NCBI RefSeq assembly: GCF_055900595.2
Contig: NZ_CM148325.1
Length of the DNA: 64,000 nt
Reading direction: 5' to 3' (one strand)
Notes under the pieces: model-generated
Databases searched by the model: none
What the model was told of the DNA's origin: nothing
The model's input: the letters and a program-made list of their open reading frames with translations, nothing else
Made by a program: the position numbers and the translations under genes
In this document: positions 45,157 through 56,738 of the stretch, in pieces
Position numbering within the stretch: the stretch's first letter is position 1
How the letters are laid out: every line of letters begins with the position of its first letter

Positions 45157-48100
45157 CTATCCCCAATCCAGTCCTTGTGGCGAACTTGAAAATCCCGCCT
45201 CACGCAGCAGCGTAAACATCGGCGTTTGCCGGACCGGTAGGTCATTCACTTCTGTTAGCGTAAAGCGCAGCCGTGGTTCGCGACGCAGTGCGGTAGTCAG
45301 CGCGTGGAAAATCTCTGGGGCGAGTAATTCCTCTTTTTCCTGCCAGACCAGCATTTTTTTGCCACCTTGCGCCAGATAGAGTAACAATTTGCCGCCAGAA
45401 ACGACCACCAGCGCACCCGCCCGACGCGTTGGTATCAGCGTTGCCGGATGTGCAGGCCAGGGCAGAAGATTTCCCCATGCATTAGCCGGATCGTTGGCAG
45501 AGAGCGCCACTGGTGTATAGTGGCGCGTTTGCGTGGCTTGTGTCGCCAGATCGCGCAATCGGTCAATAGTCAGACGTTCAGCGAATTGCGCGCCACCCAG
45601 ACCTTCTACAAAACGACCTCGCATAATTCGCCCGGAGTCTTCCATACTTCGACAAAGCGTTTGCATCGATGGAAACCCGCCAGGGATATTTTCGGCTATC
45701 ACCGCCTGACGACTGATGATGCCGTAGCGGTCGAGCATATTTTCCGCCAGCGCCAGCATCCTTTCGGTATCGTTTAGTGGCTCCACCTGCAATAACGACC
45801 AGCGTCCAGCCAGATTTGGTGTGTTGTAAGATAGCAGCGGCGAGACGGGTTGCGCATAGACAGGACGTCCACGACGAGCCCGGTGGCTGCGACGAGTTGA
45901 GGTGCGTGTGTTGGTACTGCTGCGGGTGAGGGCGCGTAACGGTGCCCAAATGTCGCTGGTGATGACGCCTTGCCAGACCAGCGCCCATAACGCCTCTTGC
46001 AGGGCTGAGGGATCAACCGATTCGTCGATTTTATCGCGTATCCGTTGGCTGATTTGTTGTGCAAACCAGGCTCCTCCGTCAGCCAGAACCGTGACTATCG
46101 CTTGCTGCAGCGCCGAACGATTCGCCTGATTCGCTTCGGCGGGAGTGAACGATTCTGCGGCATATTCCTGTAGATGCAGTGCCACCAGACCGTCATCTTC
46201 ACCCAGTTTTTTTTGCCCCGACCAGATAACCGCACCGGTTGCCAGTAATTCATCGAGCATTTCTGGCGAATAGTCGCGTACGCGGGCAGGCAGGATCTGG
46301 CTTTCCCAGAGTGAGGCGGGTAAACCGACTCCGGCAAGCTGTTCGATCACCCGCATGACGCCATCCACGCCCTCATAAACGCCTGGCGATGTTGAGGCAA
46401 AGAGTGCCGGGCTACCATCGGTGGCGGGTAATACGCCCTGACGTTCCAGCAGCAATCGCGCATAGGTCGTGGCCGCAACGGGACGTGTCGCTTCTCTGGC
46501 GGCTTGCAGCGAGCGCAAACGCAGACGACGAAATACTTCATCGCTCACCCAGATGTCTTGTTGCAGATTCATCACCAGCCCCTGTTCGCGCAGTTGCTGA
46601 AGTTGCTCTTCGACAATGGCAATACCGAGACTAAACTCATGAGCCAGTTGTTCAGACGTGACCAGAGCATGAGCCCGGAGATAGCGCAGAAAGAGGTCGC
46701 GAAGCGGGTAACTGACTCGGTGCAAATAAATCTCTGGCAGTGACTCTGGTAGTCGTACGCCGAGGGCATCGCGCAGCCTGGCGGCATCATCCATACAGGC
46801 AAGACGCTCCTGCCCGCTAATCATCGTCGGGAAGATTCGTTTTACTGCAAGAAGATTTTCCAGATACGACGCAATCTCTTCACTGCTGCCTGTATGCCGT
46901 TGCGCCAGGTCTTCAACGGTCATTGGCCCCAGTTCGCGCAGCAGGTCGAACAATCCTTCTTCACCTTTCGCTCTTCTACCAGAAGCCAGTCGTTGCAACT
47001 CTTCTTCCACCTGGCGAATGACCTGCGGGTCGAGTAATTCCCCCGGATCGACCTGTCCGAGTAGATTGCGCAGTAACTCGCTGTCCAGCGACAGTACGGA
47101 TGCCCGGCGCTCTGCCAGCGGGGCGTCGCTCTGGTACATAAATTCCGCGACATAGCCGAACAATAAACTGGCGGCGAAAGGCGAAGGCGTAGTGGTCGTT
47201 ACATCGGAAATTTGAATTTCGCCACCGTTCAGACGACGCATCAAACGCTCCAGAGCGGGAAGATCATAAACATCTTGCAGACATTCGCGTAGGGTTTCGA
47301 GAATGACAGGAAAATCCGGATATCCCTGTGCGATTTCCAGCAACTGACTGGCGCGTAGCCGTTGTTGCCAAAGCGGGGTACGATGTTCCGGCGTGCGGCC
47401 CGGCATTAATAATGCCCGAGCGGCGCATTCACGAAAACGGGCGGCGAAAAGTGCCGAGCTGCCTACCTCCTCGCGGACAATTTGCAGCAACTTTTCTGGT
47501 TCAAACAAAAAAATCGCGGCATCGGGCAATTTACCATCGGTGTCAGGAATGCGCGCAACAATGCCGTCATCACTGGCAACCACAGACGCGTCAGCGCCCC
47601 ATAGTGCATGTATTCGCCCGGCAATCGCCAGCGCCCAGGGTTCATGCACCCGTCTTCCATAGGGAGAGTGCAAAATAATACGCCAGTCGCCAATTTCATC
47701 ACGGCACCGTTCGAGGACCAGATGACGACTACCCGGAACGATGCCCGTCGCGTTGCGCTGCTCGTCAATCAACCCCTGAATATTGGCGATCGTATTTTCT
47801 TCTGCCAACCACGGGGGAATAGTCCCGGAAAAGAACGCGCCATCCGCCAGTAAATGGAGAAAATCGCCGATCATCTCGCCTAATTCTGCCGGACGTCCGT
47901 TACCTTCACCACGCCAGAAGGGAAGGCGGGCAGAACGACCTGGAGCAGGAGTCACAATCACCTGATCGCGGGTGATTTGCTGGATCCGCCATGAGGTAGC
48001 GCCGAGAGTGATAATGTCGTTCACCCGCGACTCATATACCATCTCCTCATCCAGTTCACCCACCCGCCGCGAACCGGCCTGTTCTTCACCTTCGGGTAAT

Positions 48101-49773
48101 AACACGCTATACATGCCACGATCCGGAATGGTGCCACCGCTGGTAACCGCCAACAGCTGAGCGCCAGGTCGGGCGGTCAATATCCCGGTCTCCCTGTTCC
48201 AGACCAGTTTTGGTCGAAAAGGAGAAAAATCGCCAGAGGGATAGCGCCCGGAAAGCATATCCAGCGTGGCGTCAAAAACACGTCTTGGCAGATCTTTCCA
48301 CGGTGCGGCACGGCGTACGCGGGAGTACCATTCGTCTGCCTGTAATGCATCCATCGCCGCGGCGGCAACGGTCTGCTGTGCAAGGACGTCGAGTGGATTA
48401 TGCGGTGGTGTCAGGTTTTCCAGCCTGCCTGCGAACATACACTCAACAATGACTGCGGAATCGACTAAGTCACGCCGGGTTCGGGGGAAAAAAAGCCCTT
48501 TGGAGATACCACCTACCTGGTGTCCGGCACGTCCAATGCGTTGTAACCCACTGGCAACAGAAAGCGGCGTTGCCACCTGAATTACCAGATCCACCGCGCC
48601 CATATCAATCCCCAGTTCGAGACTGGAGGTTGCGACCACGCAGCGTAATTCACCCGATTTCAGCGCCTGTTCGGTGATTGCTCGTTGTTCTTTAGACACG
48701 GAGCCGTGGTGTGAGCGGGCAATAAAAATGTCGCTACTTTGTACACGGTTAGAGGTTGCGCCGGAGGTCGACTCGAAATGGGCCGCATCAACGGCGATAG
48801 ACGGGGAACGCTGTAAGCGTGCGGCGTAAAGCTCATTCAATCGTGCCGTCAGTTTTTCCGCCAGCCCGCGTGAATTAGTAAAGACAATGGTCGAGCGATG
48901 GCGCAAAACTTCATCAAGGATACCCGTTTCAATATATGGCCAGATGGAGCCTTCTCGGCCGGCATGGCTGTCTTCGCCGGTGCCGCTGGCGACCGATGAG
49001 ACATCATCCATATTGGCGACCGGTACGACAATCCGTATCTGCGGATGGCGCATTGCAGGCGGGTTGACTACCGTAACCGGGCGATCGCCACCAAGAAATG
49101 CTGCCACATCGCTGGCTGAGCGTACAGTGGCAGAAAGGCCAATTCGCTGTGCTGAGGTGTGGAGCAGCGCATCGAGCCGCTCCAGACTTAACGCCAGATG
49201 CGCACCACGTTTACTGCCCGCTACCGCGTGGACTTCATCAATAATTACCGTTTCGACGCCGCGTAGCGTTTCGCGCGCGCGGGAGGTCAGCATCAGATAG
49301 AGTGATTCGGGTGTGGTGATCAGAATATCCGGCGGATTACGGGTGAGTTTGCTGCGTTCCTGTGCAGGCGTATCGCCAGTACGGATCCCCACGCGAAGAT
49401 TGACTTCCGTTTCGCCGCGCCGCCGCCGTTCATCGGCAATACCCTGTAACGGGATCTGCAAGTTGCGCTGAACGTCGGTGCCCAGAGCTTTGATCGGTGA
49501 AATATAGAGAATGCGTGAGGTTTTACGCTTATGCGCCTCGCGGGTATCTTCGCCGCCTTCGCGGAAGAGCTGATCGAGGGCGTAGAGAAATGCTGCCAGC
49601 GTTTTCCCGGAGCCAGTCGGTGCAATCACCAGCGCATGTTCGCCTCGCGCCGCCACATGCCAGGTTTGCGACTGGACAGCGGTCGGCTGTTTAAAGGCGC
49701 GAAGAAACCAGTCGCGGGTCGCCGGTGAAAACACGTCCGGCAGGGGCGATGAAGGGTTTAGATTATCTGCCAT
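45157..49773 (-). CDS. lhr: large ATP-dependent helicase Lhr, superfamily 2 (1538 aa)
   Basis: 1538-aa ORF with Walker A (APTGSGKT), DEVH box and SAT motifs. Confidence 0.95.
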   Translation of the reverse strand: MADNLNPSSPLPDVFSPATRDWFLRAFKQPTAVQSQTWHVAARGEHALVIAPTGSGKTLAAFLYALDQLFREGGEDTREAHKRKTSRILYISPIKALGTDVQRNLQIPLQGIADERRRRGETEVNLRVGIRTGDTPAQERSKLTRNPPDILITTPESLYLMLTSRARETLRGVETVIIDEVHAVAGSKRGAHLALSLERLDALLHTSAQRIGLSATVRSASDVAAFLGGDRPVTVVNPPAMRHPQIRIVVPVANMDDVSSVASGTGEDSHAGREGSIWPYIETGILDEVLRHRSTIVFTNSRGLAEKLTARLNELYAARLQRSPSIAVDAAHFESTSGATSNRVQSSDIFIARSHHGSVSKEQRAITEQALKSGELRCVVATSSLELGIDMGAVDLVIQVATPLSVASGLQRIGRAGHQVGGISKGLFFPRTRRDLVDSAVIVECMFAGRLENLTPPHNPLDVLAQQTVAAAAMDALQADEWYSRVRRAAPWKDLPRRVFDATLDMLSGRYPSGDFSPFRPKLVWNRETGILTARPGAQLLAVTSGGTIPDRGMYSVLLPEGEEQAGSRRVGELDEEMVYESRVNDIITLGATSWRIQQITRDQVIVTPAPGRSARLPFWRGEGNGRPAELGEMIGDFLHLLADGAFFSGTIPPWLAEENTIANIQGLIDEQRNATGIVPGSRHLVLERCRDEIGDWRIILHSPYGRRVHEPWALAIAGRIHALWGADASVVASDDGIVARIPDTDGKLPDAAIFLFEPEKLLQIVREEVGSSALFAARFRECAARALLMPGRTPEHRTPLWQQRLRASQLLEIAQGYPDFPVILETLRECLQDVYDLPALERLMRRLNGGEIQISDVTTTTPSPFAASLLFGYVAEFMYQSDAPLAERRASVLSLDSELLRNLLGQVDPGELLDPQVIRQVEEELQRLASGRRAKGEEGLFDLLRELGPMTVEDLAQRHTGSSEEIASYLENLLAVKRIFPTMISGQERLACMDDAARLRDALGVRLPESLPEIYLHRVSYPLRDLFLRYLRAHALVTSEQLAHEFSLGIAIVEEQLQQLREQGLVMNLQQDIWVSDEVFRRLRLRSLQAAREATRPVAATTYARLLLERQGVLPATDGSPALFASTSPGVYEGVDGVMRVIEQLAGVGLPASLWESQILPARVRDYSPEMLDELLATGAVIWSGQKKLGEDDGLVALHLQEYAAESFTPAEANQANRSALQQAIVTVLADGGAWFAQQISQRIRDKIDESVDPSALQEALWALVWQGVITSDIWAPLRALTRSSTNTRTSTRRSHRARRGRPVYAQPVSPLLSYNTPNLAGRWSLLQVEPLNDTERMLALAENMLDRYGIISRQAVIAENIPGGFPSMQTLCRSMEDSGRIMRGRFVEGLGGAQFAERLTIDRLRDLATQATQTRHYTPVALSANDPANAWGNLLPWPAHPATLIPTRRAGALVVVSGGKLLLYLAQGGKKMLVWQEKEELLAPEIFHALTTALRREPRLRFTLTEVNDLPVRQTPMFTLLREAGFSSSPQGLDWG

Positions 49774-49865
49774 TAACGCTATTCCCCGTGAATATCATGC
49801 ATGATGCGTGGAATAGCCTCACTATAGATGCCTGAATCATTGCATGTCATCAGGCATCGACTCGA

Positions 49866-50513
49866 TTACACCTCTTCGGCGGCAGGTAGCGGCCAGCCTC
49901 CCAGACGTTTCCAGCGGTTGACGATTTCACAAAACAGCACAGCAGTGCGTTCGGTGTCGTACAGCGCGGAGTGCGCCTGGGTGCTGTCGAAGTCCATGCC
50001 AGCGGTCTGGCAAGCCTTTGACAATACGGTTTGTCCGAGTGCCAGCCCGGCCAGTGCAGCAGTGTCAAAAGTGGCGAAAGGGTGGAACGGGTTACGTTTC
50101 AGTGAGGCGCGTTCTGCGGCGGCCATCATAAAGCTGTGATCGAAATTGGCGTTGTGCGCCACCATAATGGCGCGGTTACAGCCGCTCGCTTTAATGCCTT
50201 TACGTACAACTTTAAAAATTTCGTGCAGCGCCTCGTATTCGCTGACCGCGCCGCGATCGGGATCGTTCGGGTCAATGCCGTTGAAGGCGAGGGCCTCTGG
50301 CTGCAAATTTGCGCCGACAAATGGTTCGACGTGGAAATGTAATGTGGTGTCCGGCATCAGCCAGCCTTGTTCATCCATTTTCAGGGTGATGGCGGCAATC
50401 TCAAGCAGCGCATCGGTTTTGGCGTTAAATCCAGCTGTTTCAACATCGATCACAACAGGATAAAAACCACGAAAACGGTCGCACAGACCGGTAAGTTGAG
50501 CGTTATCGGACAT
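49866..50513 (-). CDS. rnt: ribonuclease T, DEDD exonuclease (215 aa)
   Basis: [29 protein letters not shown]...; DEDDh motifs. Confidence 0.95.
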
Positions 50514-50615
50514 CTGATTCTCTTAATACGGATAAATTGCAGCGCGCATTATGACAAATATTACTTGTCGATGCAGTAAAGATGCGGGCGCGATGAGTTC
50601 ACGCCCGGCAGGAGA

Positions 50616-51023
50616 TTAGTTGCCCAGACCGCGACCGGCGTCTTTCTCTTCGATTAATTCAATTTTGTAACCGTCCGGATCTTCCACAAATGCGATAACC
50701 GTAGTGCCGCCTTTTACCGGACCCGCTTCACGGGTGACGTTACCGCCGTTCTGACGGATTTTTTCGCACGCTTCAGCGGCGTTATCTACGCTAAGCGCGA
50801 TGTGACCATAAGCAGTGCCGAGTTCGTATTTATCCACGCCCCAGTTGTAGGTCAGTTCAATCACCGCTTCTTCGGTTTCCGGGCCATAGCCAACAAACGC
50901 CAGTGAGTATTTGTATTCCGGGTTTTCGCTGGTACGCAGCAGTTTCATGCCCAGTACTTTGGTATAAAAATCGATGGAGCGTTGCAGATCGCCAACGCGC
51001 AGCATGGTATGAAGAAGACGCAT
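50616..51023 (-). CDS. gloA: glyoxalase I / lactoylglutathione lyase (135 aa)
   Basis: [30 protein letters not shown]... recognised. Confidence 0.95.
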
Positions 51024-51103
51024 CTTTATATCCTCAAAATGGCTAACAGATTCAAAATGTTGTTTTAGTATAGCGGCGGCTTTGCGCCGCTCGCAATGTT
51101 GGA

Positions 51104-52201
51104 TTACAGCGTCGGGTAATCGGTATAGCCTTCCGCGCCGCCACCGTAGAAACTTTCGGCACGCTGTGGGTTAAGCTCAGCTTTGCGCTGCAAGCGGGCA
51201 ACCAAATCCGGGTTCGCAATCCAGTCACGACCAAATGCCACCGCATCAATCAATCCTTTGCCGATCAACGTTTCGGCTTTTTCTACCGTGTATGCCCCTG
51301 CGCCGATAATCGGACCGTGGAAACGGGCACGTACTTTTTCGCGGAACGCATCAGTATACGGTTCACCTCCCGCCCAATCTGGTTCTGACATATGCAGATA
51401 AGCAATGCCGCGTTTGCCCAGTTGTTCAATCAGATACAGTGCATCGGCTTCTTCATTTGGGCCATTATCCGTGTTCTGGAAAGTACCGATTGGCGAAACA
51501 CGAATGCCAATGCGATCGGCACCCCATTCTTCAATCCCGGCATCGACCACTTCCAGCACCAGACGTGCGCGATTTTCCACGCTGCCGCCGTACTGATCGG
51601 TACGATGGTTTGAAGAAGGAGAAAGGAACTGATGCAGTAAATAACCGTGAGCAGAGTGTAGCTCCACCAGATCAAACCCAGCTTCACGGGCATTAGCGAT
51701 GGCCTGGCGGAAATCATTGACGATGCCCGGAATCTCTTCCCGTTCAAGTGCACGTGGCATGGATGTTTCAACGCGGATCGCCTGACCTTTTTCATCGCGC
51801 AGAGAAGTACGCGTTCCCGCGCTAAGTGCAGAAGGCGCTACCGGTGCCTGACCGCCAGGCTGCAGGCTGGCGTGAGAAATTCGCCCCGTGTGCCACAGCT
51901 GCACGGCCATATGACCATTTTCAGCATGAACGCCAGCGGTGATTTTTTTCCATGCGGCAATTTGCTCCGGACTATGGATGCCAGGCGCGCCTGCATATCC
52001 TTTTGCCTGGGCGGAAATTTGCGTGGCTTCGCTAATAATCAAACCGGCACTGGCTCGTTGGCGATAGTATTCCGCCATCAACGGGGTAGGGATGTCACCC
52101 GGTTCAATACTGCGCAGACGCGTCAGCGGTGCCATAAAAATACGGTTTGCCGCCGTGATCGCGCCCACTTTCAGTGGGGAATACAGTTTTTCAGATGACA
52201 T
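51104..52201 (-). CDS. nemA: N-ethylmaleimide reductase, old-yellow-enzyme family (365 aa)
   Basis: 365-aa OYE-family ORF; nemR-nemA-gloA arrangement. Confidence 0.95.
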
Positions 52202-52237
52202 AAAGGCTCCCGGTGGTCTGGTGATAAAAAATGCCTG

Positions 52238-52837
52238 CTAAACGGCAGGCGTCGCAATAATGGTTTTTACATGGGCCAGCGCGTTTTCCAGTGGCTCGAA
52301 ACTGCGCGAAATTTTGGCCTGCAAATTCGCGCCAAGCCACAGTGCGTAAAGCACTTGTGCCTGTTGCAGCGGTTCGCCACAAAAGGTTAAACAATGGTTC
52401 TCACGGCCATTTTCCAGCGCCTGAGAGAGCAGGGCGATTACGCCGCGAGCCCCTTTATCCATCGCGCTGCGCATATCTTCTGACAGATCGCACACTTCGG
52501 CAGAGAGTTTTACTGTCAGGCAACCACTGATGGTTCCATGTTGGCAAAATTGGTTCAGTGTTTGCTGGTAATAAGCCAGTATGCGGTCGCGGTAGTTACC
52601 TTCGCCGGATTGCAGCAACTCCGTCAGTCGCTGGTGATATGCGGCGTAATGGCGCTCAAGCATGGCAACGCCAAACGCTTCTTTAGAGCGAAAGTAGTGA
52701 TAGAAGGACCCTTTCGGTACTTCAGCAGTTTTTAGTAATTCGCTTAGCCCCATCCCGGTGAATCCACGTTGCAGGCAAAGTTGCTCGCCCGTCGCCAGGA
52801 GATGTTCGCGAGTATCATGTTCGGTGTGTTTGTTCAT
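52238..52837 (-). CDS. nemR: TetR-family electrophile-sensing repressor (199 aa)
   Basis: TetR-type N-terminal HTH; upstream palindromic operator. Confidence 0.9.
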   Translation of the reverse strand: MNKHTEHDTREHLLATGEQLCLQRGFTGMGLSELLKTAEVPKGSFYHYFRSKEAFGVAMLERHYAAYHQRLTELLQSGEGNYRDRILAYYQQTLNQFCQHGTISGCLTVKLSAEVCDLSEDMRSAMDKGARGVIALLSQALENGRENHCLTFCGEPLQQAQVLYALWLGANLQAKISRSFEPLENALAHVKTIIATPAV

Positions 52838-52852
52838 GTGTTGGAGTGTAGT

Positions 52853-52868
52853 AGACCAGTCGGTCTAG
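52853..52868. promoter_or_regulatory. NemR operator, perfect 16-bp palindrome (TAGACCGACTGGTCTA on the minus strand)
   Basis: tagaccagtcggtcta lies 16 bp upstream of the nemR start codon. Confidence 0.8.
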
Positions 52869-52939
52869 TGCAAGTAAAGTTGCTACTTTGGGCATTAACA
52901 GCTTCAATAATGGTAATAATCTTATCTGAGGAGGGCGAG

Positions 52940-53179
52940 GTGGCGGAGCAATTAGAGTTCTTTCCCGTCCAGAGCCCGTGCCGGGGAATTTGCCAGTCTG
53001 ACGAACGCGGATTTTGTCGCGGCTGTTTTCGTAGTCGGGATGAGCGTTTTAACTGGAATAAAATGAGCGATGGCGAAAAACAAGAGGTGCTGCGCCTTTG
53101 TCGGCAGCGATTAATGCGCAAATTACGTGCAAATAAGCCAGCGTCATCAGACGAACCGGAGCAACCATCACTCTTTTGA
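52940..53179 (+). CDS. ydhL: DUF1289-family Cys-rich small protein (79 aa, GTG start)
   Basis: GTG at 52940 preceded by GAGGAGGGCGAG RBS; CRGICQSD...CRGC motif; the longer ORF-track extension overlaps nemR. Confidence 0.7.
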   Translation: MAEQLEFFPVQSPCRGICQSDERGFCRGCFRSRDERFNWNKMSDGEKQEVLRLCRQRLMRKLRANKPASSDEPEQPSLF

Positions 53180-53227
53180 GCATAATCTTGCGTATACTCC
53201 TCTCATATCTGATAAGAGGAAGCGATT

Positions 53228-54124
53228 ATGGTTCAGCGTATTACTATTGCGCCGCAAGGCCCGGAGTTTTCCCGTTTTGTGATGGGCTACTGGCGATTGA
53301 TGGACTGGAATATGTCCGCCCGCCAGCTGGTCAGCTTTATTGAAGAGCATCTGGATCTCGGCGTAACTACCGTGGACCACGCTGATATTTATGGCGGCTA
53401 TCAGTGCGAAGCAGCGTTTGGCGAGGCGCTGAAACTGGCACCTCATCTGCGTGAACGGATGGAAATTGTCAGCAAATGCGGTATCGCGACGACCGCGCGT
53501 GAAGAAAACGTCATTGGTCATTACATTACTGACCGCGATCACATCATTAAGAGCGCCGAACAGTCGCTAATTAATCTTTCGACCGATTATCTGGATCTAC
53601 TGTTAATCCACCGACCAGACCCGTTAATGGATGCCGATGAAGTGGCGGACGCCTTTAAACATCTGCATCAGAGCGGCAAAGTTCGCCATTTTGGCGTATC
53701 GAACTTTACGCCTGCGCAATTTGCGCTGTTGCAATCACGCCTGCCGTTTACCCTTGCCACTAATCAGGTGGAAATATCCCCGGTGCATCAGCCGTTACTG
53801 CTGGATGGCACGCTCGACCAACTGCAACAACTGCGTGTTCGTCCGATGGCGTGGTCTTGCCTTGGTGGTGGTCGTCTGTTTAATGATGATTATTTCCAGC
53901 CTCTGCGTGATGAACTGGCTGTGGTGGCGGAGGAGTTAAACGCGGGCTCTATTGAACAGGTGGTTTACGCCTGGGTTTTACGTTTACCGTCGCAGCCGCT
54001 GCCGATAATCGGCTCCGGTAAAATTGAGCGCGTGCGAGCAGCTGTTGAAGCAGAAACCCTGAAAATGACTCGCCAACAATGGTTCCGTATCCGTAAAGCG
54101 GCACTGGGTTACGACGTACCGTAA
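53228..54124 (+). CDS. ydhF: aldo-keto reductase family oxidoreductase (298 aa)
   Basis: 298-aa AKR-like ORF; synteny. Confidence 0.85.
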   Translation: MVQRITIAPQGPEFSRFVMGYWRLMDWNMSARQLVSFIEEHLDLGVTTVDHADIYGGYQCEAAFGEALKLAPHLRERMEIVSKCGIATTAREENVIGHYITDRDHIIKSAEQSLINLSTDYLDLLLIHRPDPLMDADEVADAFKHLHQSGKVRHFGVSNFTPAQFALLQSRLPFTLATNQVEISPVHQPLLLDGTLDQLQQLRVRPMAWSCLGGGRLFNDDYFQPLRDELAVVAEELNAGSIEQVVYAWVLRLPSQPLPIIGSGKIERVRAAVEAETLKMTRQQWFRIRKAALGYDVP

Positions 54125-54203
54125 GCACTTTAGGAATAGCCGCCGTTCAAAAATGTGTCACTGGTTTACACTTATTCAGGAATGCACAATGAACGGAGGT
54201 CCT

Positions 54204-54725
54204 ATGAAACGTTTTAGTCTGGCTATTCTGGCGCTGGTTGTTGCTACCGGCGCGCAAGCTGCCAGTGAAAAAGTCGAGATGAACCTCGTCACGTCGCAAG
54301 GGGTTGGGCAGTCAATTGGTAGCGTCACCATTACTGAAACCGATAAAGGTCTGGAGTTTTCGCCCGATCTGAAAGCATTACCCCCCGGTGAACATGGCTT
54401 CCATATTCATGCCAAAGGAAGCTGCCAGCCAGCTACCAAAGATGGCAAAGCCACAGCGGCGGAATCCGCAGGCGGGCATCTTGATCCACAAAATACCGGT
54501 AAACATGAAGGGCCAGAAGGTGCTGGGCACTTAGGCGATCTGCCTGCGCTGGTTGTCAATAATGACGGCAAAGCTACCGATGCCGTCATCGCGCCTCGTC
54601 TGAAATCACTGGATCAAGTCAAAGATAAAGCGCTGATGATCCACGTTGGTGGCGATAATATGTCCGATCAACCTAAACCGCTGGGCGGTGGCGGTGAACG
54701 CTATGCCTGCGGTGTAATTAAGTAA
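54204..54725 (+). CDS. sodC: periplasmic Cu,Zn superoxide dismutase (173 aa from MKRFSLAIL)
   Basis: Signal peptide; Cu/Zn-binding His-rich motifs (HGFHIHAKGSC, GGHLDPQ); ATG at 54204. Confidence 0.95.
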   Translation: MKRFSLAILALVVATGAQAASEKVEMNLVTSQGVGQSIGSVTITETDKGLEFSPDLKALPPGEHGFHIHAKGSCQPATKDGKATAAESAGGHLDPQNTGKHEGPEGAGHLGDLPALVVNNDGKATDAVIAPRLKSLDQVKDKALMIHVGGDNMSDQPKPLGGGGERYACGVIK

Positions 54726-56738
54726 CTAAGAGGCCAGCGTACCTTGCGGCGGTGCTTGCTCAAGTTGCGAAAGCGAGCAGTACAGCCGCCAGACAATTGC
54801 CGCCAGCTCCTGGGCGGCAGGTTGATGATGACGGGCAAGGCTGTCGCAAATCCGCTGTAATTCTGCAAGTGTGGCCGCCAGTGATTTTTGCTGAACGCCA
54901 CGCTCACTCATCACTCCACGTAACAATGAAATACAGTTATCCCGTACTCGCGATAACGGATCGGAACGCGATTCCCATTCGCGCAATTGCCAGACAACAT
55001 GAGAACAGTTCAACAACACCACCCCCCAGCGTAATAACCAACGGCGAGCCAGCGCATCCTGGCTGTTACTTAACTGACTGACGTGATGATAAGTGAGTGA
55101 TTCAAAATCGCTTTCACTCAGTGTTGGATGGCGGCTTAGTTGGTCGACAAAATCCCGGCGCAGTGCGCGAATATGACGACGGCTTTTACGAGCGTCAGAC
55201 CCAGGTCGCAGAATGGCGAACGCTAGCCACGCCAGCGCTACGCCAACAATTTTTGCCAGATTGTCATTAAGAAAATCAGCGAAATCATACACCGGTGGAT
55301 TAGTGACAGCGATAAACGACCCCATAAATACAATCAGTTGCCCCCACAGTGCGGCAAATTTGGGCATCTGCAATTTAAGAAGCTGCATCGTCGCCAGCAG
55401 TGGAAAGAGAAACAGTAAAAATTGCCACAGATCGCTAATCTGGACCATCAGGCCAAATTTGACCACAAAGCTGAATAGCGAAAGTAACACTAGCGTGCGC
55501 ATTAGCAGTGACAAGGACTTAAACGGTGCCGCGACGGCGGAGTAGAGTACGCAGCTAATTGCGGCCAGCGTTAATGCATTGGCACCGGCATCCCATTGTG
55601 AAGCGATACTCCATGCGCCAATTATCATCAATGTACAAAATGTTCGTAGTCCGCTCCACATAGCTTCGGCGTTATCGGTATGACGTGCCAGGCCGGATGT
55701 CCGTGGGAGTTTGGCATGATCATCTACGCCGCTTTGCAGACGATGTAATTCCTGACTGCTTTGCAGATAAAGATGGCAAAAATAGCGTAGTCGCTGCCAG
55801 AAGGCGACGTGCCGGTAGTCGGCGACGTTGGTCGGGCGTAGCGGGGCAATAATACGTGCGACGGTGTAAAAATCTGTTTGCGAACTGGCGAGCGCGGTCA
55901 GCAACTGGTCGAGAATTTCTCGTGTGGCACCTGGCGGTGAGGGCCAGTTGAGCAACATACGTCGCAGGCTGGAAATGACGCTGGTCATACGTAATTGCTG
56001 GTGGAGCAGCGCATTAAGGCGCGCGTTTTGCTGGCGAAAACGATAGTGGCTCCAGAAAGCCTGGATACGCAGCAAATTCATGGTCAGTATCTGTCCAATC
56101 ACCCCCTCATGTGCTGCACGAATGGCATCGGTTGTTTCAGGCTGCCAGAGTAAACTGGCATGTTCAAGTAGTCGGGCGTGCATGTTTTTCAATGCGGTTA
56201 AAAGGGCTGTAGCATCGGAACTGCTAGGCAGGATCATCATCATCATGCCGCCGCACAAAATACCGACAATCACCTCGCAAACGCGCGCCTGAGCGATATC
56301 CCACAGCTGGCTGGCCTCAGTAATATTAACCATCGGAAAGGCGATGATGGCAGCCGTGTAGCCCGCCAGTTGAAATGCATACGCGACGTTATTCGTGAAG
56401 TGCGCACAGGCCCAGGTACAAAAGCCAAGCCACGCCGACATACTCAATAGAAAAAACCAAGGTTCGTTGAGCGTATGTCCGGCAAGAATCAGTGCTGCAA
56501 TGGCTCCCAGTAAACTGCCAGCGATGCGTCCGAGGCTTTTGCTGATGACACCGCCAACGGTGGGAAAGCTAACCACGGCAGCCGAGGTCATCGCCCAATA
56601 GGGCTCATCAAGATTCAAATAATAGGCAATCGTCAGCGCCAGACACATGGCAAGGGTATTGCGTAACGCATAACGCCATTGCGCCAGCGTGGCCCTGAAC
56701 CAGGGCAAATTGCGCAAGGACCATGACGATGCACTCAT
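54726..56738 (-). CDS. ydhK: FUSC/AaeB-family membrane protein, putative efflux pump (670 aa)
   Basis: 670-aa ORF with two hydrophobic halves; paralogous architecture to AaeB. Confidence 0.85.
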   Translation of the reverse strand: MSASSWSLRNLPWFRATLAQWRYALRNTLAMCLALTIAYYLNLDEPYWAMTSAAVVSFPTVGGVISKSLGRIAGSLLGAIAALILAGHTLNEPWFFLLSMSAWLGFCTWACAHFTNNVAYAFQLAGYTAAIIAFPMVNITEASQLWDIAQARVCEVIVGILCGGMMMMILPSSSDATALLTALKNMHARLLEHASLLWQPETTDAIRAAHEGVIGQILTMNLLRIQAFWSHYRFRQQNARLNALLHQQLRMTSVISSLRRMLLNWPSPPGATREILDQLLTALASSQTDFYTVARIIAPLRPTNVADYRHVAFWQRLRYFCHLYLQSSQELHRLQSGVDDHAKLPRTSGLARHTDNAEAMWSGLRTFCTLMIIGAWSIASQWDAGANALTLAAISCVLYSAVAAPFKSLSLLMRTLVLLSLFSFVVKFGLMVQISDLWQFLLFLFPLLATMQLLKLQMPKFAALWGQLIVFMGSFIAVTNPPVYDFADFLNDNLAKIVGVALAWLAFAILRPGSDARKSRRHIRALRRDFVDQLSRHPTLSESDFESLTYHHVSQLSNSQDALARRWLLRWGVVLLNCSHVVWQLREWESRSDPLSRVRDNCISLLRGVMSERGVQQKSLAATLAELQRICDSLARHHQPAAQELAAIVWRLYCSLSQLEQAPPQGTLAS

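Noticed and set aside
52769-52939. Long N-terminal extension of the ydhL ORF reaching into nemR
   Set aside because: It overlaps the nemR coding region and its operator. The GTG at 52940 with a strong upstream GAGGAGG RBS gives the conserved 79-aa DUF1289 protein.
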